Assembly: GCA_040289265.1 (NCBI GenBank)
Contig: PSKW01000005.1
Span: 15,343 to 79,342, forward strand
Direction of reading: 5' to 3'
DNA from: Gemmataceae bacterium
Lineage (GTDB): Bacteria; Planctomycetota; Planctomycetia; Gemmatales; HRBIN36
Length of the DNA stretch: 64,000 nucleotides
A model generated the notes under the pieces. It was not told the DNA's origin. It ran no database searches and saw only the letters and a list, made by a program, of their open reading frames with translations. Each line of letters starts with the position of its first letter. Positions within the stretch are counted from its first letter, which is position 1. This document shows positions 1-8,856 of this stretch, piece by piece. A program made the position numbers and the translations under genes.

Positions 1-1210
1 ATGCCAGGCCGCTGTAGTCTTTCAGGTCCTCCGAGCCGATGTGGTTGCGGATAAAGGCAACGACCGCAAATGCCCCCATGTTCATGAAAACATAGACGAT
101 CAAGTAGAAGAGCATAGCTTCCAGGCCCTCCCGGGTCAGCGGTGCCACTGCCATCAACATGTAGCCTGCATGGGCTATGGTGGAATAAGCCAATAGGCGC
201 TTGAGGTTCGTTTGCGCATAGGCAGCCAGATTGCCGAAGGTAGCGGTGAGCGCCGCCAGCAGTGCCAGCGCCGGACCCAGGTACGGCAGCATGGCGCGCC
301 AGTGGTCTAGATTCCACATCAGAGGCGATGCCCCTGGATAGCCTCCCATGAAGCTCAGCGCGAAGCGTCCCACCAGGCCGAGCGCAGCTCCTTTGGAAGC
401 TACGGAAAGAAACGCCGCCACTTCTGCCGAGGCCCCTTCGAACACATCGGGACACCAAAAATGAAACGGAACCGCTGCCAGCTTGAAGGCCATACCGATA
501 AGGATGAGGAGCGTAGCCAAAAGGAGCAGGTGATCTACGGTACCCCGGGCCAGGACTGCTGCAGAAAACGCATTGGCCAGTTCCGGAAGGTATGCTGTGC
601 CGAAACGCCCGGCCAACAAGCTGATGCCGTAGAGCATCACCCCCGAGGCGGCGCCGCCGTAGACTACATATTTCAGCGACGCTTCGCTGCTTTCGCGCTT
701 TTCTTTCAAAAAGCCCGCCAGACCGTAGCTCGGCAGACTGGCCATCTCCACGGCGATATAGACCATGAGCAAATGCTGCGCCGACGTCATCAGCACCATG
801 CCCAAGGTCGCTCCCAGAAGCAAAAGCACGAAATCTGCCGAGTCTTCGCGCGGCGGTACACCGGTTACCAGCACCAAGGCCAATACCAGGATACTGGCCA
901 GCGGGATCAGGAGCCGGAAAAAGAGGGTGTAATAGTCGTAGGCGATCAGGCCGCTGAACAGGCCGCCGGCATACAGCTGCGGCGCCGCGAAGTCACCTTG
1001 CCACTGCGTCCAAGCCAGCGCCATGGCTAGCGCCAGAACGACCAGTCCCACGATGCCGTAATGGATCCGCGCCAGGCCGCGGAACATACGCAGAATCATG
1101 ACCAAAACGATGCCCAGGCAGAGGAGCAATTCTGGCGCGAAAGCGGCCAGGTCTATGACCAAAGTTTCTGCCAGCCGATCGGCGTATGTCTTGTCTATGA
1201 AGGCCCACAT
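1..1210 (-). CDS. nuoN: NADH-quinone oxidoreductase subunit N, partial (3' end lies beyond the left window edge)
   Basis: Absent from the ORF track because it is open at position 1. My reverse-complement translation from the ATG (complement of 1208-1210) reads MWAFIDKTYADRLAETLVIDLAAFAPELLLCLGIVLVMIL and later KLAAVPFHFWCPDVFEGASAEVAAFLSVASKGAALG, which is the ND2/NuoN antiporter-like signature. It starts 43 nt downstream of the nuoM stop on the same strand. Confidence 0.85.
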   Translation of the reverse strand, partial: MWAFIDKTYADRLAETLVIDLAAFAPELLLCLGIVLVMILRMFRGLARIHYGIVGLVVLALAMALAWTQWQGDFAAPQLYAGGLFSGLIAYDYYTLFFRLLIPLASILVLALVLVTGVPPREDSADFVLLLLGATLGMVLMTSAQHLLMVYIAVEMASLPSYGLAGFLKEKRESSEASLKYVVYGGAASGVMLYGISLLAGRFGTAYLPELANAFSAAVLARGTVDHLLLLATLLILIGMAFKLAAVPFHFWCPDVFEGASAEVAAFLSVASKGAALGLVGRFALSFMGGYPGASPLMWNLDHWRAMLPYLGPALALLAALTATFGNLAAYAQTNLKRLLAYSTIAHAGYMLMAVAPLTREGLEAMLFYLIVYVFMNMGAFAVVAFIRNHIGSEDLKDYSGLA

Positions 1211-1253
1211 GTGTGCCCAATCCTGTGCGAACTTGTCCGCGGCGAGTTGCGGG

Positions 1254-3068
1254 TCACGGTATCGCGACCGCAGCGGCCAGCTGCCGTACCAGCCCGGTCA
1301 CGCTCGGCTCCATCCATTCCAGCACCAGGGGAGGCCATACCCCCAGCACCACGGTCAATACCACCAACGGAATCGCCACAGTCAGTTCGCGTGCGTCTAT
1401 TTCCGGCAGTCCTTCGTAGCGGGGATTGTTGCCCAAGTACACCCTTTGGATGGTCCACAAAATATACCCGGCGGTCACCACCACGGTCATGGCGGCCAAG
1501 AAGGCATAGACACGGTCGAAATTCCACGTGCCGAGCACGGTGAAAAACTCGCCGACGAAGCCGCACAGGCCCGGCAGCCCCATGGCGCCGAAAAAGATCA
1601 CCGCGCTCAGACCGCTGTACAAAGGCATGCTGTTGTTGAGGCCGCCCAAGGCGTTCAGGTCACGATGATGCACCCGATCGTATATGACCCCGACCAGGAA
1701 AAACATGCCCGCCGAGGTGATTCCGTGCGCCAGCATCTGATACATGGCGCCGTTCATCCCCCAACTCCAATACTGGAAACGATCCAGACCGGTCCAGACG
1801 GCAATGCCCAACACAACATATCCCATGTGGCTGATCGAGCTGTAGGCGACCAGCTTTTTGAAGTCGCTCTGAGCCATGGCGGCGAAAGCGCCGTATACGA
1901 TATTGATGACTCCGAACAGTCCCAGCCACCAGGCCAGCTCGTAAGCGGCCCACGGGCAAATCGGATAGGCGATGCGCAGCAGGCCGTACCCTCCCATCTT
2001 CAGCAAAATGCCGGCCAGGATCATGCTGATCGGCGTAGGTGCCTCCACATGGGCATCCGGCAGCCAGGTGTGGAAGGGAAACACCGGCACCTTGATGGCA
2101 AAGCCAATGAACAGCAGGATGAACATGATCACCTGAAAATCGCGGCTGAACAGTTGGTATTTTTGCCGCAGCGCGCTGACCTCCTCCAGCTTTTTTTGAT
2201 TTTCGACGGAAGGCGTTTTTTCAGCACTCGACTTAGCTTCCTGATACAGCGCTTCGAGCCGCGCCGATTCACGGCCCACTTTGTGGAGCAACAAGATATC
2301 GAAGGTGTTGACCGCTGCGCCGCGGGCCCTTTGGACTAGCCGATCGAGGACTTGGGCTTCTTGTTGGGCCTGCGGGTGCGTTTTGAAATACTCCGCCAGG
2401 GGGCGCAGATCGGTGAAATAAAAGCCCAGAATCGCCAACAGAATGAGGACGCTACCCAAAAGCGTGTACAGGAAAAACTTGATCGCTGCATATTCGCGGC
2501 GCGGACCGCCCCAGATGCCGATCAAAAAATACATGGGTAACAGCATGACTTCCCAAAAGATGTAGAAAAGGAACAGGTCCAGTGCCAAAAACGTACCCAA
2601 CATGCCGGTTTCGAGGATGAGGAAAAGGACGCAATACCCTTTGACGTAGCGCTCGATATTCCAGCTGGCGATCATAGCCAGAAAAGAAACGACGCTGGTC
2701 AACAAGACCAAGCTCATGCTGATGCCGTCCACTCCCAGGAAGTATTCGATATGGAAGCGTTCGATCCATGGAATGCGCACGATCAAGTCGTCGCTGCGCG
2801 CCGGCTGATGCGTCGCCGCCAGGAGCAAGTCTTCGTCGGCCCGCGCACCGAGCAGCGCTCGGTCTCGATGGGCGGTACCGTAGTGGTCCTGCAAGTTCAA
2901 ATAGTCTATCAACAGAAACAAAGTCAGTACCAACGTGAGCAACGTGCCAAAAAGCGCTGTCCAGCGCATCCACTCCTCTTGGCCCCTGGGAATGAGCAAC
3001 ACCAAAAGGGCAAATAACGAGGGGACGAAGATAATCAGTGTCAGCAGCCATACATCTGGGATATTCAT
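1254..3068 (-). CDS. nuoM: NADH-quinone oxidoreductase subunit M (605 aa, with hydrophilic insertions)
   Basis: Lies inside ORF 1254..3263(-). The real start is probably MNIPDVWLLTLIIF (ATG, complement of 3066-3068), 6 nt after the nuoL stop. Carries the ND4/NuoM motifs FAIKVPVFPFHTWLPDAHVEAPTPISMILAG and KKLVAYSSISHMGYV. Confidence 0.9.
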   Translation of the reverse strand: MNIPDVWLLTLIIFVPSLFALLVLLIPRGQEEWMRWTALFGTLLTLVLTLFLLIDYLNLQDHYGTAHRDRALLGARADEDLLLAATHQPARSDDLIVRIPWIERFHIEYFLGVDGISMSLVLLTSVVSFLAMIASWNIERYVKGYCVLFLILETGMLGTFLALDLFLFYIFWEVMLLPMYFLIGIWGGPRREYAAIKFFLYTLLGSVLILLAILGFYFTDLRPLAEYFKTHPQAQQEAQVLDRLVQRARGAAVNTFDILLLHKVGRESARLEALYQEAKSSAEKTPSVENQKKLEEVSALRQKYQLFSRDFQVIMFILLFIGFAIKVPVFPFHTWLPDAHVEAPTPISMILAGILLKMGGYGLLRIAYPICPWAAYELAWWLGLFGVINIVYGAFAAMAQSDFKKLVAYSSISHMGYVVLGIAVWTGLDRFQYWSWGMNGAMYQMLAHGITSAGMFFLVGVIYDRVHHRDLNALGGLNNSMPLYSGLSAVIFFGAMGLPGLCGFVGEFFTVLGTWNFDRVYAFLAAMTVVVTAGYILWTIQRVYLGNNPRYEGLPEIDARELTVAIPLVVLTVVLGVWPPLVLEWMEPSVTGLVRQLAAAVAIP

Positions 3069-3073
3069 GATCT

Positions 3074-5533
3074 TCACCCTGCCAGAGCCATGAGATACGA
3101 CAAGAGTGCGAACAATCCCACGGCGGCGACCGCCAAAAACAAGATGTAATTGCGCAACAGCCCCGTTTGCACAGCCCGTAACGATCGTCCGACGGCATAG
3201 ACGATGTCGGCTGTCAGATTGACGAGGCCATCTACGATCCCCAAATCGAAGCGGCCATCCCACTGAGACAGGCGTACCGTCGCCCGCGCCGCGTTGTCCA
3301 CGATGCCATCAATGACATAAAGGTCGAACCAGCGACAGGCCCGAGCCACGACGCCGGCGGGGCGCACCACAGCCACACTGTACAAGGCGTCGAAATACCA
3401 CTTCTCCATCAGGAATGCGTGCACCCGGGCAAATTGCCGACGCGCTTCTTCGGCATCCAGCACACGCCAGTAATAGACACCCAAAGCAAGCAACGTGCCG
3501 ATGGCAGCGACGAGCAAACCGAGTGCCCCGGCTAGGTCGTGCGGGCCGAGCGCGGCCTTTTCGAAAAGTGGGTAAAGCCAGCTATCGCGCGCGAGGTAGT
3601 TCCCGCCGCGCTCCCGTGTCGCTGCCTGACTGGCGACAACGGCCAATTCGTATCCCTTCTCGTGATCGAGTGTCGCGGGTTGTCCCTGGTGCAGGAAATG
3701 TTCCAGCCAACTCCCTTGCACATCGAAGGGATTGGGTCCCCATGCCACGACGACGCTGAAAAAAGCCAACAACACCAGTGGTCCGGTCATTACCCATGGC
3801 GATTCGTGCGCATGCTCGAAGACATGCCGATCGCGTGGCTCCCCCGCAAAGGTCAGCAGCCAAAGACGAAACATGTAAAACGCAGTGATACCCGCCGTCA
3901 GCAAAGGCAATAGGAAGAGCAAGAAGTGCCGTGGGTTGAGGGAAACGAAGCTCAATGCCTGCACCAGGATAGCGTCTTTGCTATACCATCCGGAAAAAAG
4001 CGGCGTCCCGGCAATAGCCAGCACGCCTACGAGCATAGTCCATGCGGTAATCTTCATGCGCGCATACAGGCCGCCCATGCGCAGCATGTCCTGTTCGTGA
4101 TGACACCCATAGATGACGCTACCTGAGCACAGGAACAACAGGGCCTTGAAGAAGGCGTGCGTCAGCAAGTGGAACAGCCCGGCTACCCAGCCGCCGACAC
4201 CCAAGGCCAGCATCATGTAGCCCAATTGGCTCACAGTGGAATAGGCCAGCACTCGTTTGATGTCCGTTTGCACGATGGCTATAGTCGCCGCCACGAACAG
4301 TGTCAGCCCTCCGGTATAGGCGATGAGCAAAAGCACATCGGGAACGAACACGGGGAAGACTCGACCGACGAGGTAGACACCGGCCGCCACCATAGTTGCC
4401 GCATGGATCAAAGCACTGACCGGCGTAGGGCCTTCCATCGCGTCCGGGAGCCACACATGCAGCGGAAACTGAGCCGATTTGCCAACGCAGCCCAAAAAAA
4501 GCCCTATACCCGCGACTACGAGCAACCAGTAGGGCATGGTCGGCATATCGGCCTCGTAGTGCCAGGTGTCCTGTACCTTTTCCGGGGCGTGGACGTGACC
4601 GCGGAAGAGCAGCACCTGATCCCCCTGGTCGTCGGCGCGATAGTAGCGGTGGCCGTCGCTGTCCACTTCCGCCGTCACGCGCACGAATTGACGGCCTTGG
4701 GGCATAGGCTCGCCATGGCTATCCACCGCCGGCGAGCGCACCGTGTCGAAGACATGCTGCACATTGAAATCACCCACGTAGGTCCACAGGATCAACAAGC
4801 CGACAATGAAGCCCGCGTCTCCCACGCGATTGGTGATGAACGCTTTGTTGGCAGCATTGGCAGCCGAGCGTCGTTCGTAATAGTAGCCGATCAGCAAGTA
4901 CGAGCAAATTCCTACCAACTCCCAGCTGATAAAGATCTGAAAAAGATTGTCCGCCAGCACCAGATTGAGCATGGAAAAGCAGAAAAGGGAGAGGTACATG
5001 AAGAAACGAGTGAAACGACCCCGGCGGCGGACATGGGCTTGGTGGTCCTCGACCCACTCTTCTTGTTCCTCGGCCATATAGCCAAGAGAGTAAATATGGA
5101 TGGAGCTGGCTACCAGGGTGATCATGAGGAACATGGCCACGGTCAAACCGTCTACGTAATAACCCAGACGCAACGCCGCGGCCGGTTCGCTTTCGCCCAA
5201 GTAATGGACCACTGCCCAGTAGATGCTTCCGCTCCAGGGAGGCTGGATCCCGCGGGTAGTCTCGGTTGCAGGACTGTGCGCTCCGGCATGTGCATGGCCG
5301 GCGCCCTGACTAGCGGCAGCAGTCTGACTATGTTCGTGATGAGGGGCTGTCTGCACGTATATGCCGAAGCCTACGACACTGAGAACGAAAGAGCCGATGA
5401 TAGCGGCACAAGCCAGGTATGCGCCCCACCGGCCCCAGCGCCGGCCGCCCACGAAAAGCAGCACGAACGACACCAGCGGCAGCACGGTCGCCGTCACGTA
5501 TAAAAGGCCAGGATCGGCGATCAGATCGTGCAT
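3074..5533 (-). CDS. nuoL: NADH-quinone oxidoreductase subunit L (819 aa, unusually long)
   Basis: ORF 3074..5533(-). Carries the ND5/NuoL motifs GKSAQFPLHVWLPDAMEGPTPVSALIHAATMVAAGVYL, IKRVLAYSTVSQLGYM and HAFFKALLFLCSGSVI. The C-terminal part is consistent with the lateral helix plus a final TM segment. Confidence 0.92.
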   Translation of the reverse strand: MHDLIADPGLLYVTATVLPLVSFVLLFVGGRRWGRWGAYLACAAIIGSFVLSVVGFGIYVQTAPHHEHSQTAAASQGAGHAHAGAHSPATETTRGIQPPWSGSIYWAVVHYLGESEPAAALRLGYYVDGLTVAMFLMITLVASSIHIYSLGYMAEEQEEWVEDHQAHVRRRGRFTRFFMYLSLFCFSMLNLVLADNLFQIFISWELVGICSYLLIGYYYERRSAANAANKAFITNRVGDAGFIVGLLILWTYVGDFNVQHVFDTVRSPAVDSHGEPMPQGRQFVRVTAEVDSDGHRYYRADDQGDQVLLFRGHVHAPEKVQDTWHYEADMPTMPYWLLVVAGIGLFLGCVGKSAQFPLHVWLPDAMEGPTPVSALIHAATMVAAGVYLVGRVFPVFVPDVLLLIAYTGGLTLFVAATIAIVQTDIKRVLAYSTVSQLGYMMLALGVGGWVAGLFHLLTHAFFKALLFLCSGSVIYGCHHEQDMLRMGGLYARMKITAWTMLVGVLAIAGTPLFSGWYSKDAILVQALSFVSLNPRHFLLFLLPLLTAGITAFYMFRLWLLTFAGEPRDRHVFEHAHESPWVMTGPLVLLAFFSVVVAWGPNPFDVQGSWLEHFLHQGQPATLDHEKGYELAVVASQAATRERGGNYLARDSWLYPLFEKAALGPHDLAGALGLLVAAIGTLLALGVYYWRVLDAEEARRQFARVHAFLMEKWYFDALYSVAVVRPAGVVARACRWFDLYVIDGIVDNAARATVRLSQWDGRFDLGIVDGLVNLTADIVYAVGRSLRAVQTGLLRNYILFLAVAAVGLFALLSYLMALAG

Positions 5534-5536
5534 CGC

Positions 5537-5848
5537 TTATCCTTTCAGATCCTCGGCTGCGTCCACGTCCACGGTCAAATGGTTGTTGTAAAAATTGAGC
5601 ACGATGGCCAGCGCGATGGCTGCCTCGGCCGCCGCCAGCACGATCGTAAACAGGGCCATGACCTGACCCTCGAGGACGAAAAGGGGATTGTAGCGGGCAA
5701 AGGCCACGAAGTTGATATTGGCTGCGTTGAGAACCAGTTCCACTCCCATCAAGACGCCGATGGCGTTGCGCTTGATGGCCATACACACGACCCCGGCCAC
5801 GAAGAGCACGGCCCCGACCAACAAGTAATGTTCGACAGCGATGGTCAT
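5537..5848 (-). CDS. nuoK: NADH-quinone oxidoreductase subunit K
   Basis: 103-aa protein with three TM segments. GVELVLNAANINFVAF and AAAEAAIALAIVL are typical of ND4L/NuoK. Overlaps the nuoJ stop by 4 nt. Confidence 0.9.
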   Translation of the reverse strand: MTIAVEHYLLVGAVLFVAGVVCMAIKRNAIGVLMGVELVLNAANINFVAFARYNPLFVLEGQVMALFTIVLAAAEAAIALAIVLNFYNNHLTVDVDAAEDLKG

Positions 5849-6492
5849 GAGCTAGGACTCCCGGTGCGACGACGGGCGCGAGCCAGATACGCCGCCGCCA
5901 CCAGCACCACCACCAAATGCACCGAAGCCAGTTCGAACGGCAGCAAATACCCTATTTCTCTGCGCGGGACCGACTGGGGATTGTTGTCGGCATCGCGTAT
6001 CGGCACCGGGATGGACCCGTTGGGATGGACTTCACGAATGCCCAGCAAGACCAGTCCCAGGTCGCGGACAGTTTGCGAGCGGGCCGGGTCGCTACCGAGG
6101 GCGACCGATCGCGACTGGGGCGCCGCTGAGTCCGATTGGGGCCCCGTCCAAGGGGAGAGGAAAAGCACGCCTGCCAGCAACCCGACCAAGACGCCGCCGA
6201 CGACCAGGGTCAGGCCCCACTCCCCTGCTCCCGCACGCATGGTCACGAACGGACTTTGAGCCGTGAGCATGACGCCGAACACGATCAGCACCAACGTGCC
6301 GCCCACGTACACCATGATCTGCGTGGCACCCACGAAATCCGCACCGAGCAAGAAAAACAGCCCGGCTACGCCGCCTAGCGTGAACAGCAACCATACCGCC
6401 GCGCGCACGATGTTTTGCGTCACCACTACGGCTATCGCACACCCCATCGTCGTTACTGCTAGCAGCCAGAAAAACAGCGCTTCGGCGCTCAT
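5845..6492 (-). CDS. nuoJ: NADH-quinone oxidoreductase subunit J
   Basis: Inside ORF 5845..6567(-). The start is probably MSAEALFFWLLAVTTMGCAIAVVVTQNIVRAAVWLLF (ATG, complement of 6490-6492). ND6/NuoJ-like TM pattern, positioned between nuoH and nuoK. Confidence 0.85.
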   Translation of the reverse strand: MSAEALFFWLLAVTTMGCAIAVVVTQNIVRAAVWLLFTLGGVAGLFFLLGADFVGATQIMVYVGGTLVLIVFGVMLTAQSPFVTMRAGAGEWGLTLVVGGVLVGLLAGVLFLSPWTGPQSDSAAPQSRSVALGSDPARSQTVRDLGLVLLGIREVHPNGSIPVPIRDADNNPQSVPRREIGYLLPFELASVHLVVVLVAAAYLARARRRTGSPSS

Positions 6493-6511
6493 AAGCCTGC
6501 TCTCCGGTTTG

Positions 6512-7573
6512 TCAGTACATCCAACCGATGCGCAGCGTATTGACCACCAGTGGCCACACGCTGGCACCCAAAAGAAGTGCGCAACTGAGCGGCAGCAGAT
6601 ACTTCAGACAAGTCATCATCACCTGATCTATGCGCAAGCGGGGTAGCGTCCAACGCACCCACATCATCACGAACACCAGTACCCATCCCTTGACCACGAA
6701 AACGAGGATGTTGACGATATTGCCCACCAACCCGAGACGGTCGCTGAGGTCGAACGGCAAAAGACCGGTGTGCCAGCCACCCAGGAACAGAAGCACGGCG
6801 ATGCCGCTCACCGAAAACATGCTCCCGTATTCGGCCATGTAAAAAATGAGCCAGCGAAAACCGCTGTACTCGGTATGAAACCCGGCGACCAACTCGCTTT
6901 CGGCTTCCGCCAAATCGAAGGGAGCCCGTTTGCAGCTCGCCGTCCCTACCGTAAAGAACACCCAAAAGGCCACAAAAGTAAAAGGATCGTGGAACACATA
7001 CCAATTCCAAAAGCCGCCGACCTGCTGGCGTGCAATCTCGTTGAGATTCAATGTGCCGGCGGCGAGAATCGGTATCACCACACACAGCGAGCGCGGCACC
7101 TCGTAGCTGACTACCTGTGCCGCTTCACGCATGGCACCGAACAGCGCCCATTTGCTGCCCGACCCGTAGCCCCCGAGGATGACGCCGTACACCTCGGTCG
7201 AAAGCACCGCCAACATGTAGAACACGGCGACGTTCATCTCCAGCGCCACGGCTTGATTTCCAAAGGGCAGTGCCATATAGGCCAGGAAAGCGCCGACCAG
7301 AGCGACATACGGGCCCATACGAAACAGCATGCGGTCGGCATGTGCAGGAATGAGGTCCTCCTTGACCAGAAGCTTGAGCCCATCGGCTACCGTTTGTAGC
7401 CACCCAAATTTGCCGCCGACCCGTGTCGGGCCGAGCCGGTCTTGTATCCGGCCGGCGACTTTACGCTCCAGCCACACGAAAAATATGGCCGAGACCAGGA
7501 CGAACGTTATTAGGATAAGGGCTTTGATCAACGCCCACAGGAGCGCCAACGACGATACGTCCCCGAGCGGCAT
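6512..7573 (-). CDS. nuoH: NADH-quinone oxidoreductase subunit H
   Basis: 353 aa. WLERKVAGRIQDRLGPTRVGGKFGWLQTVADGLKL and the PFDLAEAESELVAGFHTEYSG motif are diagnostic of ND1/NuoH. Confidence 0.93.
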   Translation of the reverse strand: MPLGDVSSLALLWALIKALILITFVLVSAIFFVWLERKVAGRIQDRLGPTRVGGKFGWLQTVADGLKLLVKEDLIPAHADRMLFRMGPYVALVGAFLAYMALPFGNQAVALEMNVAVFYMLAVLSTEVYGVILGGYGSGSKWALFGAMREAAQVVSYEVPRSLCVVIPILAAGTLNLNEIARQQVGGFWNWYVFHDPFTFVAFWVFFTVGTASCKRAPFDLAEAESELVAGFHTEYSGFRWLIFYMAEYGSMFSVSGIAVLLFLGGWHTGLLPFDLSDRLGLVGNIVNILVFVVKGWVLVFVMMWVRWTLPRLRIDQVMMTCLKYLLPLSCALLLGASVWPLVVNTLRIGWMY

Positions 7574-7878
7574 GGGGTAATCCTTCCCTCCTCGGTGGCA
7601 CCTGCCAGGCCTAACGCTCGGGCCACAGGCGCCTGGCCGCCTGGATCATTTTGCTCTAGGGCGATTGTCCTTTGCGCGTTACTTTATGGGCGGTCAGGAT
7701 CGGGACAAGCCCTGCGCTCTAGCAAGACTTTGCACGATTTGCTATAAGCCGCCGCTGGCTTTTGCCATCGGCTGACGACCGGCACGAGCTGTTGTGCTCG
7801 ACACCTGGGATGACTAGGAGCGAGTAGGAGTCGGCGCGAAAAAACGACCTGCGTCCGGCGCACGTAGCGGGGTGACAC

Positions 7879-8628
7879 ATGCCGATACAGCCCTTTTTTG
7901 GCAGTTCTTCTGGGTACTGGCGCGGCCCGAGCGGGCGGCAAAAAACCTTGGTCCAGGGATACGAGGAAGTCGGCAGCCAAAGCTGGCGAGCACCCCGGGG
8001 AGTATCGCCCCACGCTGCGCCGGGAGATCCCTTGGCGCGTACGGAACCGTTGGCCAGGCTGGAAGCGGCGCTGTTTGCCGCCTTGGAGCCAGTGCCGCCG
8101 CGCAAATTGGCTAGGGCCGCTGGCTTGGGATCTGCCCGCCAGGTCGAGCAATGGGTACGCTGGCTCAACGCCCTGTATGACCGCGAGGGTTCGGCATTGA
8201 ATGTTGAACAGATTGCCGGCGGCTATCAGCTGTGTACCCGGGCCGAGTACGCCGGCTGGCTGAAGGGTTTGATCGCCCCCGAGCCATTGCCCCTATCGGG
8301 CCCTGCCTTGGAGACCTTGGCGATCGTCGCCTACCGGCAACCGATCATGCGTGCGGATATCGAACAAATCCGCGGTGCCCAATCTGGGGAAATCCTGCGG
8401 CAGCTGTTGGACCTGGGACTGATCCGTGTTTTGGGCAGGCATGCGTCTCTCGGCCGCCCGCTGCTTTACGGTACGACGAGGAAATTTTTGCAACTGTTTC
8501 GTCTGCGCTCGTTGAGCGAATTGCCCGAGGCAGCCCGGCTGCGCCGGCCCTGTTATTCGTCGAAGTCCGTTATGGCAGGCCACTCCGTGGACAATCTCGA
8601 CGATGCAAGTCCACAGGGGACCCCCTGA
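7879..8628 (+). CDS. scpB: Segregation and condensation protein B (SMC-ScpAB kleisin-associated subunit)
   Basis: The tandem winged-helix ScpB pattern LSGPALETLAIVAYRQPIMRADIEQIRGAQSGEILRQLLDLGLIRVLGR...GRPLLYGTTRKFLQLF is present. The start is uncertain because the conserved region is preceded by about 55 aa of R/G/P-rich sequence. Confidence 0.8.
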   Translation: MPIQPFFGSSSGYWRGPSGRQKTLVQGYEEVGSQSWRAPRGVSPHAAPGDPLARTEPLARLEAALFAALEPVPPRKLARAAGLGSARQVEQWVRWLNALYDREGSALNVEQIAGGYQLCTRAEYAGWLKGLIAPEPLPLSGPALETLAIVAYRQPIMRADIEQIRGAQSGEILRQLLDLGLIRVLGRHASLGRPLLYGTTRKFLQLFRLRSLSELPEAARLRRPCYSSKSVMAGHSVDNLDDASPQGTP

Positions 8629-8856
8629 GCCGCTATTTTTGACGCTACACCTTCCTTGTCGTTACAGCCGGCAAAGCCGAGGAGATTCTTTGCCGAAAGT
8701 GACGAGTGTACGGGATACCAAAGACTTGCAATTAATGAAGTTGTGGGTAAAATCGAGTATAGTAGGGCAAGTGGGCGGCCCGCGCCGTCTGAAAAAGCTA
8801 TGCCGAGCCGTTTGCAGGTCGAAGGTGCTCGACGGCCAGAAGCGGGAGTAGGCGTC

